A stretch of DNA of 64,000 nucleotides from Octopus vulgaris. Taxonomy: Eukaryota. A program made the translations under genes and the position numbers. The DNA lies in the NCBI GenBank assembly GCA_951406725.2, contig OX597827.1, positions 36,146,001-36,210,000 of the forward strand, given 5' to 3'. Positions 24,405 through 37,985 of this stretch are shown here, one piece after another. Positions within the stretch are counted from its first letter, which is position 1. Every line of letters begins with the position of its first letter. Under the pieces are notes generated by a model that did not search any database, was not told the origin of the DNA, and was given only the letters and a program-made list of their open reading frames with translations.

Positions 24405-26445
24405 TTAATTATTCAGTGTTTATTTTAAATATATATAATCACGAGAAAAAAACAAAACAAACAAAAATCGATCTTTTTCGTTCTAAGTTCAAATCACATC
24501 GAGGTCAACATTATCTTTTGTTTTTCTGAGATCGATAAAACAAAATATCAGTCATGGAGTGTGATCGATTTAAATATACCGACATAAGCGAATAGAATTA
24601 TAATAAAGGAATCACAAGTGACTTGCGAATTGTTCTTCTGTTGTTAATTTTTTTTTAATATACACAGTGAAGAACGTAACCCTCCATAGAGATGGGCATG
24701 ACCGGAACGTCTTTGATTATAAGCCTGATCAATCAGCTGTAATGCTCAGCACTAAAATAAATAAGAAAAGGATGTTAAAATATTTGAAAGAAAAACAATT
24801 AACTCCCTTCTATGTGAGTCGTAACTAAGCGAATGTATAATTTGGTTCACAGAGTGCATTAGTACAGTCTTCTCGGCTATTTGCTTGCATGGCAAACTGA
24901 ACTTGCCACTGTTAGGTTGTTGTAGTCAGTGCGTGTGTGTGTATGTGTGGCCCGCCTCTCCTGGCTGTAACACACGGAAGGTAGGTGTTTACCACGACCA
25001 AGTTCTCTTACTCTCTCTCTCTCTCTCTCTCTCTCTTTCACATTATTAGCTCTTACTGAGAACGGGACGTCGAAGATGAGGATGATGATGATGATATTTG
25101 AAGGAGTGTAGGAGGCAAAGAGGGTCGGTTGGTTGGGCGGACGGCTGATTGTCAGTAAAGAAGTGTATTTATCAATCGACGAGCTAGGTGCGATTGCTGT
25201 ATGTATTCGGGTGTGTTTATGTTTATGTATATCTGTGACGAAGGGGTGCATGTGTGTGAATGTGTCTCAGAGTGGGAGAGATTGTGTATGAATGCATGCT
25301 TAATATGTGTATTTGAAGGAGGGAATGCAAATGTGTGTTTGTAACTGCATTGATTGTATAAGTAAAGACATGGAAAGACATAGAGAGTGTGTATGTATGT
25401 CAGACGAAAAGGCGTCAAATGTATTGAGGGGAGAAAAAATTGTGTATATGTGTGTGCATAATAAAAATACAAAATTGACTTTAATTATTTATATTTTCTT
25501 TGGCATTAAACTGCACGTTCAAATTGTTCCGATTACATTTTAATATTGAGATCACAATTTCTCTTCCGCTTTCAAGCTTCTGTAATTGCTCGGAAAATTT
25601 TCACTTTGGTACAAAATAAAACAGTTACAGTTTTGTCAATTAGCATGCTTTGTTGTGTATATGTGCGATGGGATATAATTATACTCAAAAACACTTCTGC
25701 GTGCGTGTTTGTGAATGTTTAATTATAACGATCTAACAATCCTGTAAGAGGTCCGATATATATATATATATGCACACACAACTTTCCGGGGAGTAATACC
25801 TAAAGCAGTAATAATGAAACTGTATAAAGTGAAGTTGAAGTCGGAAGATATAACTTTCTAAGTACTGGCATTGTCTCGATTTTATGATCCATCATCCTTC
25901 TTCCATAGTCGCCGACCCACAGTTACATTTTATTTATATTAATTAGTTGCTTAACCCCCAGTTGAGCGCTAACTGAGCAGAGATATTATCAAAGTCGTTC
26001 CAAACGCGACCAAACCATATATTTAAGAGGTATCTAGAACTATCCTTTCCTGTGATCTCAGGAAGGTTCGGCTGCTATTTCAAGCAAGTCAAACGACCGC
26101 ATAAAGTTGCCCTCATTAACTCGTCAAATTAGTTCTTGTTTATTTAAACTTTAATTAGGAGACGTTCCAGTTGTAACTGATCTATCTTTTTTTGTATATC
26201 TAGGACAAATTTATTCCAATATGTCCTTTACGACAGTTAAGGCGTGATTTGAGGTAGATTTGACTGCTTTTTCATGCAAATCAAACGATGTCAGAGGCTC
26301 CTCGGTTCGACAACCTTAGATGTGCGATATGCAGGACCAGTACGCACGCATACGCTGGCGCGCATACACACAAACACACACGTAAACGAACACGCACGTA
26401 CGCATTACATTTCCCAAGTGCTACAGGTTAGAACTATTCTGATAT

Positions 26446-26485
<40 letters not shown>

Positions 26486-26522
26486 CCCTAACCACTGAGT
26501 GTACGTATTCTTTACTTTCGCC

Positions 26523-26557
<35 letters not shown>

Positions 26558-27292
26558 AAGTAGCGTTGCATATATCGTTTCTTGAAATATCCGGATGCTT
26601 GTTGCTGTGACATGTTTGTGCTCCAGATATCATTTCGAGAAATATTCGAATGCTTGTCAAATACTTAAGAAAATTTCTTTGAAACTGCAACAAATGAATA
26701 TTGTATATGTTTATTATTTAAGAGAAAAATCCAAAACAGTATTTGAAGGAAATATGCCTTGCGAAAAAAGCAATGGAAAAAAAAAACAAAATAAAATACT
26801 GCTCGATATGTGTCCTATAAACATTTTTGTATTTATATAACAGTGTCTTTTATCAAAGCCGCTAGTCGACTAAGTTTTGAGTGAAATTTGGGAGACAGAA
26901 AGTCTTTGGAAACCTGTCGAAAGGCTTCCATATACTTCCCGTCGTTGTATTTAAGTGGTAGGCTTAATCCAAAGCCTGCTTGTAACACCATCACCACCGG
27001 ACCTTTAGGGGTTGGGCGAGGGGAGCTTTTGCGGAGACCGACCTTGCAATAATTCAAACTAGGTCTCTGGTCTGAGGAAAACTTCATTGCTTAGACCCAC
27101 CAGTTGTAGATGTAAAAAATTGTTCTTGAGCTTGCCTGTCCTCTTCTAGTTTATATCACTTAATAAAGTCGGAAATTGTTTGAATCTTATACATGAATAT
27201 ATCGTACACCTTCGTTTTCATTCTACTCTCGACAATATTCAGCTGAAATTTGAATGGAGACTTTTTTCTTTTCTTTTTTTTTTTTTTTTTGC

Positions 27293-27512
27293 CATGGCAT
27301 CTGAACTGTGGCCTAGTGGTTAGGATGTTGCAAGATTGTGGTTTCGATTCTCGGACCGGGCGGTGCATTATGTTCCTGAGCAAAACAATTCCTTTTATGT
27401 TACTCCAGTTCACTCAGCTGTAAATGCGACGGGCTGGCGACCCGTTCGGGAGGGAACGTTGTGATTTCATTCGCTTATATGCTATGGAAATCGGGTAACC
27501 GGCCCTATGAGT
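27293..27512 (+). mobile_element. SINE family B-like copy
   Basis: TGGCCTAGTGG, GTTTCGATTC, TTCCTGAGCAAAACA, CTCAGCTGTAAATG. Confidence 0.7.
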
Positions 27513-27962
27513 TTTAGAACACGAGACAGTAATGTCCATGGGTTGATGATGAACAATGAGAGTTGATTTTTCTTAGATCTAGATTCAGCAAGTATGTGAC
27601 TATGCAACCATGAATGTTCTTTCTTATCCAAAAATAGCTGTCCTTACTTTTAATGATGTAGGGTGAAATTTGGTTGCTATTTCTAATTTTTTTGAGCGAC
27701 CTCATAGAGGCTCCTTCATTATCTCGGTATACTGACATTAATGACTTTAGATTAATTTGAATAATTTTTTTCTAAAGAACTCAAATCTAGTTTTCGTATA
27801 ATGAACACAATCACAATTAAATTTCAGTTTTATTGCGCCTTATTTAGCCTTCATTTAGCTGTCACCGATCAAAGACGTTCCAACCTTGTCCGTCTAAATT
27901 TTGTATATGAAGGACTATTGTCTAATCTCTCTCTCCCTCCCCTCCCTTCCACTCTCTCTGTT

Positions 27963-28039
<77 letters not shown>

Positions 28040-28347
28040 ACAGTACGATGTGATTTAATAGAAATATCCTACTATTTCTAGCAGCACAAGCGGCATCATA
28101 GGCATTCCCTTGTTGGTTTATATTATCAGTGGCAGTAGTAAACTAGGAGCAAACCGTAACTGTATTAACATCTGATACATGGGTTCGATTACTACCGGGA
28201 TAGTTAAATTCACTTTGATATTGATTGTGTGTGTATATTATAGCAAAAGGGATCCATGTAGTCTCTCCGACTGTTAGAAATGGCAGTCAAATTCTATCAA
28301 ATCACATCGTCATTTTATCAGAAAAAAAGAAACGTTTCTATCTTTTA

Positions 28348-28732
28348 TCTTTTACTTGTTTCGGTCATTGGACTGTGGCCATGCTGGAGGATGACCTTGG
28401 AGAGTTTAGTCGAACAAATCACCTCCAGTACTTATTTTCTTTTTAAGACTGACACTTATTCTATCGGTCTCGTATGCCGAACCGCTAGTTTACAGTTCGT
28501 AAACAAACCAACACTTGTTGCTAAGTGGTGGCAGTAGGTGAGGGACAAATACAGGCGCGCGCGCGCACACACACACACGTATTACAAGCTTCCACACTAT
28601 TGCCGTCTATTAAATTCACTCACAAGGCATTGGTCAAAAAAAGTTTTGTAGAAGACACTTACCCAAGGTGCCATGCAGTAGGACTGAACTCCAAACCATG
28701 TGATTGCAAAGCAAGCTTCTTAACAACAGCCA
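28348..28732 (-). mobile_element. SINE family C copy
   Basis: TTTACTTGTTTCGGTCATT...CATGCTGG end and AAATTCACTCACAAGGC...GGACTGAAC; homologous to 45672-46050 and 55615-55998. Confidence 0.8.
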
Positions 28733-29037
28733 TACATATAGCTTAAACAATATTGTCGCAGACAAATATGAAAAAAAAAAGGATGTTCTGGGTTCCATCC
28801 CACTGCAATAGATGCAGGCACAGCTGTGTGGTAAACCACATGGTTCTGAGTTCAATCCTACTGTGTGGCACTTTAAGCAAATTAGACATGGGAACTTTGA
28901 TTTCCCTTTGCAAATATTGATCACGCACAGACAGTGTATCTTTAGCCTGCTGGAGGAGATGTCTTCCTGGGGATATATAAACTACAGTAGCATCGTCCCA
29001 TATAAGTCAGCCACATTTAGGTGGCAAATATACTTCA

Positions 29038-29120
<83 letters not shown>

Positions 29121-29127
29121 CACACAC

Positions 29128-29382
29128 GGAGGCGCAATCGCCCAGTGGTTAGGGCAGCGGACTCGTGGTCGTAGGATCGCGGTTTCGATTCCCAGACCGG
29201 GCGTTGTGAGTGTTTATTGAACGACAACACCTAAAAGCTCCATGAGGCGCCGGCAGGAGGTGGTGATCCCTGCTGTACTCTTTCACCACTCTTTCTTCTG
29301 TTGGCCTGTTCGCTTAGCCAGCGGGGTGGCGCATTGTGACCAACGATGTGTAACAACATCTGATGGTCTGGTCGGTCACGTG

Positions 29383-29384
<2 letters not shown>
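29128..29384 (+). mobile_element. tRNA-derived SINE between (TA)n tracts
   Basis: GGAGGCGCAATCGCCCAGTGG, GTTTCGATTCCC; a related reversed head lies at 46910-47043. Confidence 0.8.
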
Positions 29385-29430
<46 letters not shown>

Positions 29431-29431
<1 letters not shown>

Positions 29432-29923
29432 GGTTGGCTCCCCTGTCAGCATTTATCTGCACTCTTCTTACAGTATTAAGTGTATTTTATATCTTATTTC
29501 TAGCAATGTAGGTGTGTTGGCACCTTAGTCACCCTCAGTGATGATTGAATTCTCTCCTTTACGGCATCACATTGCACTTAGCTGTTTATATTAAGTTTTA
29601 TATACACATTAGCATTCCGCTAAGTCGTCCATAAATTTTTATGGTAAATGCATATATATTGATGGGTGAAATTAGCCAAATATGTGCCATTTGAGCAGCC
29701 CTCACTGAAGATGTTTACAGAATAGACAGAACCAGATGTCTAGTCTGAGGATTTTCAAGTCGTCATGAGGTGGTTGGCTCTCCCGTCAGCATGTATCTGT
29801 GCTCTTCCTACAGGATTAAGAGTATTTTAACTTTTATTTCTAGCAATATAGGTGCATCAGCACCCTTAGTCACACTTGGTAACAATTGAATTTTTTCTTT
29901 ATAGTATTACATTACACTTAGAT

Positions 29924-29930
<7 letters not shown>
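29431..29930 (+). mobile_element. 340 bp-period tandem repeat (about 1.5 units) with a hammerhead; retrozyme-like (family H3)
   Basis: 29431-29590 is repeated at 29771-29930; hammerhead at 29700-29751. Confidence 0.72.
29700..29751 (+). ncRNA. Type I hammerhead ribozyme, GUC cleavage site
   Basis: CCTCA-CTGAAGA-TGTTTA cagaa TAGACA-GAAA-CCAGATGTCTAG-TC-TGAGG. Confidence 0.75.
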
Positions 29931-29956
<26 letters not shown>

Positions 29957-29957
<1 letters not shown>

Positions 29958-30276
29958 CGTTGGTTAATGCAGTGCAATCACCTAGAGGTTTTGAGTTCAA
30001 TTCCAGGCAAGGTACTAAGGTAATTCAAAAAAATAACAACTGAAGGAAAAAATGTCATGGATACAGAGAATGGAATGAGAACAGTGCACCCCTGTGAATC
30101 AAATAAAGGGCTAGATTCGAAATTCTGATACAAAAACCGAGTTCAACACAAGACACTTGAAGAGGGCTGGTGCCTACAACAGCTGAAACATAGCTGAAAA
30201 GCAACAATCAAGATGAGGACACTAGTCCCAAATAATACATAATTTAAAATTCCTCATCTAACAAATATAGAACTGT
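29957..30276 (+). mobile_element. Diverged relative of the tRNA-headed hammerhead element
   Basis: Box B-like GAGTTCAATTCC, CAAGACAC-TTGAAGA-GGGCTGG..CAGCT-GAAACAT, CAAGATGAGGAC, terminus AAATATAGAACTGT. Confidence 0.68.
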
Positions 30277-31045
30277 AATACATTGTAATTTCTCTCCCTC
30301 TTTCCTCCTCTCTCTCAAGTTGAGTATCCAGTCAGCTGTGCCAAATTGCCAGTGTCTGAACAGTCACACTCACTTACCTTATTCTGATTGTATCACTGCA
30401 TCCATTCCAGCTCAGCACTAAACACTATGCTCAGTTTTTCCCCTCCAGAACATTGCCTCTCTGGAATTCACTTCTTGCCCATGTTTTTCTCACTGTTACT
30501 GACTTAAAACTGTTAGCAGTCTTGTGAAGCCTTAGGTACTGAGCTTTTCTCCAAATTAATCCAATGAAAAACAAATAAAAATAATCCTTGTTTGTTTTGC
30601 ATATTCTTCTCTTCTTTTACTGGTTTCATTCATCAAGCAGCCGTTATGTAGTCACAGCCTTCAGCGGTTTTAATTGATCATATCAGCCTTTGTACTTATT
30701 GCACTTTTGTACGTGCTTATTGATCTCTGTTTGTTGAACTGCTACATTACATTTTGTCTACACTGGTAAACATGAACATATACTTACATACAAATGCATA
30801 CACACATTCATACACATTTTCATACATGCACTCACACATATACAACCTGCTTTACACAGTTTCTGCCTACCGAGTTCCATTCCATACTCAAGGCTATAAA
30901 AGACATTGAACCCAAAAATATATGTATGCACTCACATATGCATGCATGCATGCAATCACATATACATGCATGCATGCACACACTCACATATTTAAGCTCG
31001 TAGGTTCAAAAATAGTACCTGAATACTAAAGGTTGAGTAAAATAT

Positions 31046-31206
31046 TATTTTATTGAAGCTGAAAAGAGTTTCAGAGAGCCAATCATCAGACAGTCATGAG
31101 TATTTAGAACAATGCATTGTTCTGAATATGCATGATGACTGTCTGATGATTGGTTATATGAAACTCGGAGTAACAGTTTGTGAAGTTTTTCAGCTTCAAT
31201 AAAATA
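31046..31206. repeat. Palindrome built from a hammerhead-family (H2) repeat
   Basis: Perfect centre AGAACAATGCATTGTTCT; arms TATTTTATTGAAGCTGAAAA / TTTTCAGCTTCAATAAAATA; TGT-CTGATGA...GAAACTCGGAG-TA-ACA on the right arm. Confidence 0.85.
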
Positions 31207-31217
31207 CTATATGCATG

Positions 31218-31258
<41 letters not shown>

Positions 31259-31541
31259 ACACACAAACACACACAGATTGTCTTTTTTTTTTTACTTACT
31301 GGATCTAGAAGAGAGGGCAATGCTCATGACCTTTGCAAGTCCTCCAAGGCTGGTGAAATTGCTGCCATTAATGTTTCTCTTGAATCATGTAGGAAATATT
31401 TGAGCAGAGAGGTGGGGTGGGGGGAATACTGTAGGGGGTGGGGCTGATGTTCTGAGAAAGAAAGTTTTATATCCTTGTATTGGATAAATAATATAACGAA
31501 GTAGGAAGGAAGAAAGTATATATACGATGCACTACTATTAC

Positions 31542-31775
31542 TAAGGCGGCGAGCTGGCAGAATCGTTAGCACACCGGGTGAAATGCTTTGCGGTATTTCG
31601 TCTACCGCTACGTTCTGAGTTCAAATTCCGCCGAGGTCAACTTTGCCTTTCATCCTTTCGGGGTCGATTAAATAAGTACCAGTTACGCACTGGGATCGAT
31701 ATAATCGACTTAATCCCTTTGTCTGTCATTGTTTGTCATCTCTGTGTTTAGCCCCTTGTGGGTAGTAAAGAAATA
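31542..31775 (+). mobile_element. SINE family A inserted in the Gypsy LTR with a 16 bp TSD
   Basis: GATGCACTACTATTAC at 31526-31541 and 31776-31791. Confidence 0.92.
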
Positions 31776-34700
31776 GATGCACTACTATTACCATTTCACA
31801 AGACTCAACATTCTATATCAATGGCTCACAGTGAACTGCTTACCAAAACAAACTGCCAATCGCTCACAGTTCTTTGTTTCATAACAATGAGTTAATCCAC
31901 CTTTAGTCACTTGGTGGTTGGTTGGAATCCTTCCACAACATCTCCCCTTTTTAGAATCAGTCTCCCCTATCTTCTCCCCTTCTGAGAATTGAGTTCTGCT
32001 CTGAGTTTTAATATCTCTTACATTTAGGGTTCAAGTCCAGTGTTTCTGTTCTTTTCTGCTTTCTGGTGCTAGAACATGTAGTTCGAATTGTTTGGGTGTT
32101 GATATTTCAAACTTGTCGTGCAATACTTCCATAGGGATTTCGTTTCCCATGACTGTTTTTTCCATGAATCTTTTCTTAAACTGGTTAATATGTTTTGTAT
32201 TTGACATTTTTCCTTTTATTAGGATTGCTATTCTTTCAATTTGTTTAATTATTACACCATCCTCCCAGCTTTCTTTACCATATCTATAGGTTTAAAAAAA
32301 AAAAACTTTGTCACCTAACTTGAAGAATTTTGAAATATTTTTGTTGTTTGCCTTTTTTTATTTTCACTTGGTATCAGCTTATCAAAAACAGATCTGATCT
32401 TTCTACCAAATATTAATTCTGCTGGTCACATTCCTGACAGTGTATTCGGATTAGGTATACTGTTAGAAATTGTTGGAGTGCAAAATTGTCCATCACTTCA
32501 TTGTTTGCTTTTTTCAATGCCCTCTTGAAAATGTCAACAAAAGGCTCCGCTTGTCCATTTGACCTAGGATGATAGGGCAGAGTGGTGACATGTTTGATGA
32601 CAAACACTTTGCAAAATTTTCTGAACTCATCTGACATGAATTGAGTTCCTTTATCAGATACAATGGTATTCAGAATACCATACCTGGCGAACAATTTGTG
32701 TAAAAGGCTTATTGTAACTGCAGATGTTGGCTTTTAACATTTATGCACTTCTGGCCACTTTGAAAAACTATCCACCACAACAAGGTAGTATGAACCTTCA
32801 AGTTGACCTGTGTAATCAATATGCAGTCTGGCCCATGGAACATCTGCTTTTGACCACAGTTGCTATTTAGTGGTAGGTAATTTTGCAGCTAAGGCACATC
32901 CTCTGCATACTTTCACCGATTCTTCAATGTTATGTTCCATAGTTGGCCAATATCCATGGCTTCCCACTAATGATTTCACTCTTAAAATCCCTGGGTGACT
33001 CATGTGAAATTCCTTTAATAATCGCTTTTGTAGTGTGACTGGCACTATGACTCTTTGTGCATACATCAACACATTGTCACACTAAGAAATGGTTTGCGTT
33101 TGTGTTGCACATATTTTTTTACTTCTTTTAGTCTTCAATATTTCTTTTATTTTTATAATAAATTTATTGTTTTCTGATTTCAATTTTATGTCTTGTAAAA
33201 TCACTGGCAGTTCACAAATAATGTTACACAAAACGTTTTTAATTTCATTTTCTGCTTGCAAAGTGGCAATCATGGTATCTTCAAATTGTTCCGCATTTTT
33301 TGAAATCAGTCTTGACAGACAATCTGCATGACCTAGTTTCTTAGATGATATATATTCCATCTTGAAATCATAGTTTAATAATATTGTACCCCTATTAGCA
33401 GTATGGGTAGGAATTCCTTTTTTCCACCCAAATATCAATAATAACGGATGGTGATCAGTCTGTAGATGTAAACTTCAACCATGTAAAACTCTGTGAAATT
33501 TTTTCTCAGCAAAAATGATTGCTAGAGCCTCTTTTTCAATTTTACTATAATTTTTCTCTACTGATATCAAATAGCATGAGGCATGAACCACCACCTTCAT
33601 GTTACCATCTTTATATTTATGTAATATTACAGCTCCTATACCATACTCACAAGTGTCTGAAGCTACAACAGTCTCTTCTGCAGGATCGAAGTGTATTAAC
33701 GACAAATCAGATATTAGTATTTTCTTTGCCTTTTGGCAATTTTCCAACCAATTCTATTTCATGATTTTTTTCAACTAATTAGTCTGTGGAACCCTCACCT
33801 TATGCATATTTGGAATATAATTTGGTAATAGTGTGCCAAATTTTAAAAATGTTTGTAAGGTCATTATATTAGTCAGAGAGGGCATATTTTTAATTGTGTT
33901 TGCCCTCAACAAGTCTGGTCCATGTCCATTTCTGTCAATGATTTGTCCTAAATATCTTATTTTCAGCAAGAAAAATTCACACTTTTCTTCACTCAAAGTA
34001 AAGCTGAAATCCCTAATTTCTTCAAGTACATATTTTACGTGCTCTACGTGTTGATCCCTGGATTTGCTTTTATTGTGTATATCATCCAGATATGGAATTG
34101 CAAATTCACAGGCCACTAACATTGCATCCATAATCTGTTGAAAAATCATTGGTGTGACTTTTAAGCTAAATGGTAACCTGTTGTATTCATATAGCCCTTT
34201 ATGTGTGTTAATTGTTAGGTATTTAGAGCATTCATCATCTACTCTAATTTGTAGGTATGCATCAGAGAGATCCAATTTAGAAAATATTCTGCCACCATTT
34301 AATTTCGCAAAAATATCCTCTGGAACAGGTAGCAGTTAGTGGCACATTTTAAGACATTCATTTAAACCAGTGGAAAAATCAAATAACACTCTGATTTTAT
34401 TATTCTTTTTCTTAATGTACACAGTTGGTGCTGCCCATTCAGAGTATTCCACTTTTTGGATAATTCCAATTTTTTCTAGTCTCTCTAACTCTAAATTTAT
34501 CAATTCTAATGCTTCAAATGGTACTGTTTGTTTTTGTTTAAATATCAGTATGGCATTTTCTTGTATTTGAAACTGTGCCTTCATTTTGGTACACAGACCT
34601 AATTTATCAGACAGAACTTCAGGAAAAATATAAAAAATTTTTTTCCAATTCGTCTGATGACTTTTTTGTACTGGAGGGAAAACCTTTTACATTTTTACTG

Positions 34701-35514
34701 AGAAAATTTATGGGGATATCCCATAAATTGAACAATTCCATCCAGTCAGTACCAAACAAGTTTGTTGTATTATTTAACACAAAAACTTTAGCCTTTAAGG
34801 TTTTTCTCATGAAATGTAATGTTACTTATCAATTCGCCCTTAAAATATAATTTTTTTCCTGAAACACCATGGACAATTTTCAAGGTTTCATTTAATTTAG
34901 GTCCCCCAATCTTTTTCCATGTATCTATGTTAATTATTTAGATGTCACTACCTGTATCCAATTGTAATTTTACATTTGTATTATTAATTTTTATATACAC
35001 AAATTTTTTTTGAGACTTGTTCGTATTTTTTGTCACTGATAATTTGTTTATGTGATTTTTTTCTGTTGAACTGTTTTTTAGGTTCTGTCCGACAATGCAA
35101 CTTTTTATGGCCTATTTTATCACACTTGTAGCATTTTATATTTTTAAACAGACAGTTATTTTTTTAAATGTAAACCACTGCACTCATAACATGGATTCAG
35201 TCTTGATATTTTTTTGTCTAGTTTCTTATTCATTACTGGTCGACATGCTTGAATATGAGTAAAATCTTTCTCTTCAGTTTTATCTGCATCATGTCATAGA
35301 TTAATAATTGTCTGACATTCTTCTGCTACTGCTTGCAGAGTTAAATTATTTGGTCCTGTTCTAATTTTGTTAATATCTGAGATATCTGTATCTTTATTTG
35401 CAGTAAGCCCTTGAACATGTTCGGGGTCAACTCATTCAATTTGAATTTCTCACACTCAGTGTTAACCACTCTGGTATAGGTGACAAAATCTTCATCTTTT
35501 TTGACTAAATTTAA

Positions 35515-37347
35515 CTCTTTATTGTTCAGATTTATCTGTCAAATGTAATGCTTATTTGGTCACATTATTTTGAATTATTCAGGTTCAAGAGGTGTGTCCA
35601 CAATAGTTGCTTGTAACATTATAAATTTTTTACATACAGATTTGAAATTTTGTCAGTGGGTGCTTATATACCAGTGGTTTACGTTTATATACTATTGGTT
35701 TATAGTAATTTTAGCTGATCTTTCTGATTAAATTTGACTTTGCACTGGTAAATTTAATTAACAGGTGTAAAAGCAATAACATTATGGATAAACATTAAAA
35801 TTGAAATTTTTAATGTGTCTTATCTGTTTGATTTGTTACTAAAATTATCCCAGATGTCAGCCACCAACAATTTTGCCATTTTTAAGATTAGGTACATTAA
35901 TTTGAATTAATTAAAATGCAGGTATAATCGGTACAAGATTTTATTCTTTTTTATATTTCATTCAAACACTTTCATTGAAAATAAAGTACAAAACTCTTTT
36001 ACTAGTCAATATACCATTGGCTATGTACTCTTATACAGTTTAATGAATACATTTACATAACAGAATGCCTCTAATAAAAAAAGCTCATTAACAGGTGAGA
36101 CAAAGGTGAATACAAGTGTGTGACATACTGAAGATTAGTATGTATTTCTCACTTACACATATTATTTGTAATAAAATGAAAAGAATATTTGATAGTATTA
36201 CTATCAAACAACAAAATATAGTTATGCCATATTTCTATCATGAAACTGTCTAAAGCACTCTTTACACAAGAGCACTTTGCGAAACAAACACATATATGAG
36301 ACCTCAGCCTGATATCTTTTCACAGTTTTTCTTTTTTTGCAGTGAACACAGTCTGCATACTTTTTTCCTTCCATGTATTTTTTCCAGTTTATGGAAGTTA
36401 ATGATTTCTCTGTTGACATCCACCTCAATTAATTTTGCTTTTCTCCCAGTTCTGTGCTTTCTGGAAGAGAAAACCTCATGTAACTGAGCTACAGTGTCAG
36501 CCAAAAATTTCAAATGGTCATAATCCTTCGGTGGCAGAGGTACCTTGTGGCTTTTTACATAAACAATATATGAATTAACTATAGTTAGACATAATGCTGG
36601 AGATATATGCATCACCATACCTTATATCAGGACTCCAGTAGTTCCACAGTCAAGGAAGCTGCTTGATATCAAACATAATGTTTATAGTAAAAAAAGGTTG
36701 CATTTCCACAGTATCAGTTGGCTGCCATAGTGGATTGGGTCTTACACAAATAGAAAATTATGTATTGAGCATATTTATTTGTTTCCTCTGCAACAGTTTC
36801 AAAAAAACTTTTCGGTAAAAATAAAAATAAATAATCCAATGGTTGAGTATCGAGAGGTAGACTGTTGTGGACTAGGCTTTTCTGGGAAATCGGGAATTGT
36901 ATTTGATGTAGTAATCTTCAACCATGTTGCTGTAATGTTTCTAGTATCATTTTCATCACTTTCATTATCAAAATCTTCCTTGTTCAATGAAGATTCATAA
37001 ATATCAATTTCAGATTTGTCCGAAGACAAATCATTGTTGTTTCTTTTTATATTTTGTACATCATTAAGAGTAAAACCTTCAAAGTCGGAATCACTACTTG
37101 CTGTTGTCATATTGTTAAAAACTAAGATATACATTTATCTTCAGATGTTAAAAAAACTAAGAAGTCTCAAAAATTTCAGGAAAGGCTTTATCTTGCTTTA
37201 TCTCAAAGCTACAAGAACTCAGTAATGTGATTTGTTTAGTTTTTTTTGTGATTTCATAGAGGAATCAGATACAGCCAGATTTGGCTGGTTCAAACAAATA
37301 AAGGGGAAGTATTTTCAGCTGGTTTTGGCCATCTGAATTCTAAAGAG
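35515..37347 (-). mobile_element. piggyBac transposon remnant nested in Gypsy gag
   Basis: TTAA at 35511-35514 and 37348-37351; TIRs CTCTTTATTGTTCAGAT / CTCTTTAGAATTCAGAT; acidic N-terminus SSDSDFEGF and C-terminal Cys-rich CRLC...LCKECFRQFH. Confidence 0.88.
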
Positions 37348-37985
37348 TTAAACATTTCCAGCAAGTATTGAACAGGGAACTTCTTTCCCTGAAAATTTTC
37401 AATAAAATGTTAATTGTTTCATCGAAACAAATCTCACCTGGCTTCTTTAGCAGAATACAGTTACTATATTTTTCATGTTCAGCAAGGGATGATTTTTTCT
37501 TGTCATACTTTTTTTCTTGTTGGACCAACTTTTGAAGATTTCTTTGTATCTACAAAAATAATGCAGAGAAGGCAGTACCTTCTGGTTTAACACTTGGCAG
37601 GTGGTCAGAATCCTTCCACAACAGAAAGATATAGCATAATAGTTAGTGTAAAGTTGGGCGGCAGGATTGGATTCAACAAGGGTAACAAGAAAAGGGGGAG
37701 ATGAATGGGGCAAGAATGCCTGAGTGGAGATGGCATGAGGTCAGCCAGCTCCAAGAAGCAGGAGCCAGTGTACTTCTGCTGACATCAATGTTTTTTAATG
37801 TATCTCCATGTAGACATCAGTCTTTTTCTGTGTGGATCATAACATAGCAATAATACTGACTAACATCTGTATAATTATCTATATACTAACATTTATATTA
37901 TTAAACCATAATAGTTTCTAACATAGACATGAGAACAACATATTTTGTGGAATGCAGAGAGGGAGGTATGTAGTCTGTTATATTG

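Larger units (their letters stand above)
31450..37623 (-). mobile_element. Decayed Ty3/Gypsy LTR retrotransposon (gag-PR-RT-RH-INT)
   Basis: EWAAPTV, DLSDAYLQ, YLDDI, SDTCEYGIGAV, YSKIEKEALAI, HPGI..YWP..CRGC, IVSDKGTQF, YHPRSNGQAE; PPT AAAAAGGGGAGA precedes LTR start TGTTGTGG at 31940. Lower boundary approximate. Confidence 0.92.
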
